A stretch of 64,000 nucleotides of DNA from Chloroflexota bacterium. Lineage in GTDB: Bacteria > Chloroflexota > UBA11872 > VXNJ01. The stretch spans positions 153,861 through 217,860 of the forward strand of contig CBDBBM010000018.1 in assembly GCA_965203015.1 (NCBI GenBank). Direction: 5' to 3'. The position numbers were made by a program, and so were the translations under genes. Position 1 is the stretch's first letter; each line of letters opens with the position of its first letter. Below the pieces are notes generated by a model, which was not told where the DNA came from, ran no database searches, and saw only the letters and a program-made list of their open reading frames with translations. Below are positions 59,281 through 64,000 of this stretch, in pieces.

Positions 59281-61653
59281 ATGACTAGCCATTTCGCACC
59301 GCTGGGGCAGCTAGTCAGCAGCCCCCGCTGGGCTTTGGCGGTACTGGCATTCTGGCTGGTTGCGGCCGGGATCGTGTACGCCGTCTCCCCCAGCCTGGGA
59401 GAGGTAATCGACGACGATACCTCGCAATTCCTGCCCAGCGATTCACCGGCGCGCAGCGCCTTGCTACTGGCCGAAGAAAAATTTCCGGCCGCCGGGGTGC
59501 CGGGAATCGTACTCTTGCATCGGCCTTCCGGAGTAACCGCCTCCGACCGCCAACTGGTTCAGCAATTCCAAGAAGACCTTCGTCAGGCCGACGTGCCCGA
59601 TCTCGTGCGCGAGGTTCTGCCGCCCACCGATCTGGTCGATGCGGACGGCGCGGTTCGCTCGATTTCAACCGTGCTGATATTCAAACTCGCGGACGGGATC
59701 GAACCGCTCGCCCAGGTCGCTGGCTGGCTGCGCGAATACCTGGCAACGCGGCAGACCGACGACGACCTGGTGCTCTCGTTCACCGGCGCGGGGGCGATCC
59801 TTGCCGACCTAGCCGAGACTTTTTCGCAATTTGATTTCCGAGTTACCCTCTTCACGGTCATGCTTGTGCTGGCGATCCTGCTTGCGGTCTACCGGTCTCC
59901 AGTTATGCCGGTCCTGGCCCTGGTCGGGGTCGGCTGGAGCCTGTTCATGGCCCAGTTTCTGGCCGCACTGGTTTCTGATACCTTTGGCCTGCTGCTCAAC
60001 AGCCAGATAACCGCCCTGATGTCGGTACTGGTCTTCGGGGCCGGCACCGACTACACCGTATTCGTGGTGGCGCGGTATCGAGAGGAGCTGCGCCGTCACG
60101 ATTCGCGCTGGGACGCAATGCGGGTCGCGGTCACGCGACTTGCCCCGGCGATCGCTTCCAGCGGCGGCACCACGGTGGCGGTCCTGGCAGTCCTGCTGCT
60201 GGCGTCCTTTGGCACATTCCGCGGGATGGGGCCGATCCTGGGCCTGGCCATTGCCGTGACCGTACTGGCCGGCCTGACCCTGATTCCGGCACTGGTGGTC
60301 CTGGCCGGCAATTCGATCTTCTGGCCGATAGCCGCCGACAAGGCCACCCGACACTCACGCCTCTGGCAGCGAATCGCCGGACTGGTCACGGCCCGCCCTA
60401 TGTTCTCGTTTCTGGCGGCACTGGCGATCCTGGTCGCATTCGCGCTGGGCAACACCAATCTCAAACAGGACTTTGACAACATCGCCGGCCTGCCCGACGG
60501 GACTGATTCAAAGACCGGCCTGGAAATCCTTGCCCGCTCCGGGCAGGAGGGCGCCAGCTACCCGCTCAGGGTCTATTTCGAACTCGAGCAGGGATCGATT
60601 TACGATCACCTGCCGGCGCTGGCCCAGATCGCGACCGAACTGGAGGCCCGGCCCGAGATTTCGATGGTTGTTGGGCCCACGAGGCCTTTCGCCGGGGCGC
60701 CGCAGCTGACGGCCGACGATCTAAACGCGCTCTTCGAGACGCTGCCGCCGGGGTTCGTCGATCTGTTCGGCGCGGCGGCCGCCAACTCGGCGGTCCCTCC
60801 GGCGGGAGACCTGAGCCAAATATTCTCGGGATTCGGAATCGATCCCGGGACCGGTGCGACCCTCGGTTCGCTGGCCTCCGGTCAACGCTTCATTTCGCCC
60901 GACCAGACTACCGCCCGCTTGGAGCTTACCCTGGCCCTGAACCCGGTTTCCGTCGAAGCAATTGACCTGGTGCCGGGGATACGGCAGGCGGTCGGCGACC
61001 TCACGTTGCAGACGTCGCTGGCCGGAGTCGAACCGCTCGTGGGCGGTCAGACCGCCATCAACTACGATTCGCGGGACGCGGTCAACCGTGACACGCTGCT
61101 GGTGGTACCGATCGGGTACCTGCTGATCTTTGGAATCCTGCTGCTGGTGCTGCGCAGCCTGGTGGCGGCCGTCTACCTGACGGCGAGCGTTTTCATATCG
61201 CTCCTGTCGGCAATCGGACTGGCGCTCCTGGTGTTTGAATTCGGTCTCGGGCACAACGGGCTGGGCTATCAGAACCTGCTCTGGGCGTTCATCTTCCTGA
61301 CCGCCCTGGGGGCCGACTACAACATCCTGCTCATCACGCGGGTTCGCGAGGAGTGCGCCGACAAGGATTCGGCCAGCGCCTGCCGGGCCGCCGTGGCAAG
61401 CACCGGCGGAGTGATCACATCGGCCGGAATAATCCTGGCTGGCACGTTTGCAATCCTGACCACGTTCCCGCTTGTGGCGATCGTCCAGATAGGATTCATA
61501 GTCTCGGTGGGCATACTAATTGACACGTTCCTGGTCCGGACGGTACTCGTGCCGGGAATAATCACCCTGCTCGGCGATTGGAACTGGTGGCCAAAGATCC
61601 CTGTTCGAAGAACCGCCATCCGGCCAACGGCCGGTCCCGCCCCTGGTCCATGA
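59281..61653 (+). CDS. MMPL-family (RND superfamily) transporter
   Basis: 790 aa with two 6-TM bundles: GAGTDYTVFVVARYREEL and GADYNILLITRVREE motifs. Confidence 0.9.
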   Translation: MTSHFAPLGQLVSSPRWALAVLAFWLVAAGIVYAVSPSLGEVIDDDTSQFLPSDSPARSALLLAEEKFPAAGVPGIVLLHRPSGVTASDRQLVQQFQEDLRQADVPDLVREVLPPTDLVDADGAVRSISTVLIFKLADGIEPLAQVAGWLREYLATRQTDDDLVLSFTGAGAILADLAETFSQFDFRVTLFTVMLVLAILLAVYRSPVMPVLALVGVGWSLFMAQFLAALVSDTFGLLLNSQITALMSVLVFGAGTDYTVFVVARYREELRRHDSRWDAMRVAVTRLAPAIASSGGTTVAVLAVLLLASFGTFRGMGPILGLAIAVTVLAGLTLIPALVVLAGNSIFWPIAADKATRHSRLWQRIAGLVTARPMFSFLAALAILVAFALGNTNLKQDFDNIAGLPDGTDSKTGLEILARSGQEGASYPLRVYFELEQGSIYDHLPALAQIATELEARPEISMVVGPTRPFAGAPQLTADDLNALFETLPPGFVDLFGAAAANSAVPPAGDLSQIFSGFGIDPGTGATLGSLASGQRFISPDQTTARLELTLALNPVSVEAIDLVPGIRQAVGDLTLQTSLAGVEPLVGGQTAINYDSRDAVNRDTLLVVPIGYLLIFGILLLVLRSLVAAVYLTASVFISLLSAIGLALLVFEFGLGHNGLGYQNLLWAFIFLTALGADYNILLITRVREECADKDSASACRAAVASTGGVITSAGIILAGTFAILTTFPLVAIVQIGFIVSVGILIDTFLVRTVLVPGIITLLGDWNWWPKIPVRRTAIRPTAGPAPGP

Positions 61654-61696
61654 CCCCGGCGCGGCTGAGATGACGCGCCCCGGCCGGAAGGGATAA

Positions 61697-64000
61697 ATGG
61701 CGGCCCGGCGACTGCCCAAGCTCCTGCTGGTGGACGCGATGTCGTTGCTGTTCCGCGCCTACCACTCCATCCCGAACCGGTTTGCCGCGGTGGGCCCGGG
61801 CAGGGAACGCGAACCGACCAACGCCGTGTACGGATTCCTGTCCCAGTTGCTGCGGGTGGTCGATGACTACGACCCGACCCACGTCGCGATCGCTTTTGAC
61901 TCTCCGGGACCGACCTTCCGGGAAGAAATCGACCAGCAATACAAGGCCAACCGCGAGGAGCCGCCCGACGAACTGCGGCCGCAGTTCGGGCGCGCCCGCG
62001 AGCTGGTCGAGGCGTTGGGAATGCCCGACTACGCCCTGTCGGGATTCGAAGCCGACGACATTTTGGGAACGATCGCCCAGGAAGCGGCCCGGAATGATTT
62101 CCACGTTCGCATCTTCTCCGGCGACCGCGACCTGTTCCAGCTGATCTCCTCGCGGATCAACGTCTTCTACCCGCGCCCCCGGCAGCTGCCCAACCTGGTC
62201 TACGACCGATCGGCATTCATAAAGCGCTGGGGAGTCGAACCGCGCTACCTGGTCGACATCAAGGCCCTGCAGGGCGATTCTTCCGACAACATCAGCGGGG
62301 TCCCCGGGATTGGGGAGAAGACCGCCATCTCGCTGATCAAGGACTACCGCGACCTGGACGGCGTGCTGGCGGCGATCGACGAGCTACCGACGAGGGCCCG
62401 CAAAGCCCTGAGCGATCCCGAAAACCAGGAGCTGGCCCGCCTTGGGAAGCGTCTGGCCACCATACGCACCGACGCACCGGTCAAGTTCGATCCCGAATCG
62501 GCGCAGATCTGGGTCAACGCCGACCCGGCCAGGGTACGGGCCCTGCTGGACGAACTGGGGTTCCAGACCATCCGAGATCGCCTGCCGTTTGATCTCGATC
62601 TGCACACCGACGGGCAGATGTCGCTTTTCGGGCCGGGGCGGGCGGAGTCCGACTGGCGGACCGTGGACAACCCGGAGCTGGCGCGTTCGATGGTCGCCGA
62701 AATCACCTCCGGGGAAACCCCAGCGCTGTTCGGACTCATTCACGGCGACCCGGCCAAGCTGGAACTCTGCGGCCTGGCGGTCAGCCGCCGGGACCAATCC
62801 TGGTGGATACCCGACCCCATCTCACTCCTTCGGGAGCTGGGCGCTTGGCTCTCCGATCCGCAACTGCCCAAGAACGCTTACGCCGGGAAGGAACTCGGGC
62901 GCGCCCTGGCCGCGTCCGGAGTGGAGCTGGCGGGGGTGGAACTTGACGCCGATATCGCCGCGCACCTAGCCTCCGGCGGCGAAAACTACAGCGGCCTGCG
63001 CCAGCTGGTCGCACGCAATCTCGATCAGATCAGTTCGCAGTCGGTGCCCGACACCGACGGTATTGTCGAATCCGCCGAAATCAGTCCCGACAACACGGTT
63101 CGCGCCGCCCAGGCCATCGACCGGATCAGCGAACGAGTGTGGCCGCAGTTGCGCGGGCAGGGGCTGGAGGACGCCTACCGGCGCATCGAACTGCCGCTGG
63201 TGCCGGTTCTGGCTCGGATGGAGGACCGGGGGGTGGCGATGGATCCCGAGGTCCTGGAGGGGCTGGCGGAGCAGATTGGAAAAGAAAGCGACGAGTTGGT
63301 GGCCGCCGTGCACGAGGAGGCCGGCGAAGAATTCAATCTGAATTCCACCCGGGCGCTCGCCGGCGTGCTCTACGACAAGCTGGGGCTGCCGGTACTGGAG
63401 AAAACCGCCAGCGGCGCCCGTTCGACCGCCCGCCGGGCGCTTGAGCGCCTCGGCGAACAGGAACCGCCTCACCCGATCATCAAATTGATCAAGGAGTACC
63501 GCGAACTCGCAACCCTGCTGCGCAGTTACCTGCGGCCATTGCCGAAACTGGTCAGTGCCGACGGCCGGATCCATCCCCGCTATTCACAGACTGGCTCGGT
63601 CACCGGGCGCGTGGCGACCCGCAATCCCAATCTGCAGGCCACCCCGGTCCGCTCTCGGCGCGGGCGCGAAATCCGGCGCGCATTCGCGGCCGCCCCGGGA
63701 CGCGAGTTGATGTCGGCCGACTACTCGCAGATCGACCTTCGGGTGCTGGCCCACATTTCCGGCGACCAGAACCTGACCGCCGCATTCCAAAACGACCTGG
63801 ACATCCACACCGCCACCGCCGCCCAGCTCTTCGGGACATCGCTTGAGGCCGTGACCGAACAGATGCGCGAACAGGCCAAAACGGTCAACTTCGGGATCGT
63901 TTACGGAATAACCGCTCACGGGCTTGCCTGGCGCAGCGACCTGGACTTTGAGGGTTCGGCGGCCTTGATCAAGTCCTATTTCGAGCAATATCCGGGAGTC
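61697..64000 (+). CDS. polA: DNA polymerase I, 5' portion (continues past the window end)
   Basis: Not in the track because it has no stop. From ATG 61697: MAARRLPKLLLVDAMSLLFRAYHSIPNRF (5'-3' exonuclease), later RVHPRYSQTGSVTGRVATRNPNLQATPVRS, DYSQIDLRVLAHISGD, NFGIVYGITAHGLA, YFEQYPGV. The frame is open to 64000. Confidence 0.95.
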   Translation, partial: MAARRLPKLLLVDAMSLLFRAYHSIPNRFAAVGPGREREPTNAVYGFLSQLLRVVDDYDPTHVAIAFDSPGPTFREEIDQQYKANREEPPDELRPQFGRARELVEALGMPDYALSGFEADDILGTIAQEAARNDFHVRIFSGDRDLFQLISSRINVFYPRPRQLPNLVYDRSAFIKRWGVEPRYLVDIKALQGDSSDNISGVPGIGEKTAISLIKDYRDLDGVLAAIDELPTRARKALSDPENQELARLGKRLATIRTDAPVKFDPESAQIWVNADPARVRALLDELGFQTIRDRLPFDLDLHTDGQMSLFGPGRAESDWRTVDNPELARSMVAEITSGETPALFGLIHGDPAKLELCGLAVSRRDQSWWIPDPISLLRELGAWLSDPQLPKNAYAGKELGRALAASGVELAGVELDADIAAHLASGGENYSGLRQLVARNLDQISSQSVPDTDGIVESAEISPDNTVRAAQAIDRISERVWPQLRGQGLEDAYRRIELPLVPVLARMEDRGVAMDPEVLEGLAEQIGKESDELVAAVHEEAGEEFNLNSTRALAGVLYDKLGLPVLEKTASGARSTARRALERLGEQEPPHPIIKLIKEYRELATLLRSYLRPLPKLVSADGRIHPRYSQTGSVTGRVATRNPNLQATPVRSRRGREIRRAFAAAPGRELMSADYSQIDLRVLAHISGDQNLTAAFQNDLDIHTATAAQLFGTSLEAVTEQMREQAKTVNFGIVYGITAHGLAWRSDLDFEGSAALIKSYFEQYPGV

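Overview
Visibly GC-rich bacterial chromosomal segment with monoderm-style housekeeping organisation (short YidC with a poly-Arg tail, yvcK-gap-pgk, rpmH-rnpA-yidD-yidC-jag). This could fit a Chloroflexota- or Actinomycetota-like lineage, but that placement is low confidence.

Core genes recognised: proS, cysE, pgk, gap, yvcK, rpmH, rnpA, yidD, yidC, jag, mutM, 5' part of polA, a rhodanese/MoeB pair, an IMPase-family phosphatase, a CoxL/XDH-type molybdoenzyme subunit, XdhC chaperones, an MMPL transporter, and four tRNAs (CAT, CAT, CAG, GGC).

Three things stand out.

(1) Four genes encode plant-type (24-residue LSGxIPxxLGxL) leucine-rich-repeat surface proteins in unusual fusions:
- Calx-beta + He_PIG + LRR
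- LRR + sugar-dehydrogenase beta-propeller
- LRR lipoprotein
- LRR + cadherin, whose candidate start codon overlaps (ATGA) the stop of a PKD/FN3 gene carrying a snapalysin-like HEFGHTLGLPD metalloprotease motif

(2) An accessory stretch at about 24.5-34.1 kb holds a TnpB-only IS200/IS605-type element whose 3' end abuts a tRNA(CAT). It is followed by a decayed island: rve, IS1182 and IstB transposase fragments, a DnaE2 fragment, an HNH remnant and PIN fragments. The island includes a PIN toxin gene split around a 27-codon hydrophobic mini-ORF.

(3) Several N-terminal or internal frameshifts sit at short homopolymers (mutM, the LRR/cadherin lipoprotein, the He_PIG domain). These could be sequencing errors, pseudogenes or slippage switches.

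No CRISPR array, rRNA or replication origin was seen. All functional calls rest on motif recognition by eye; no searches were run.
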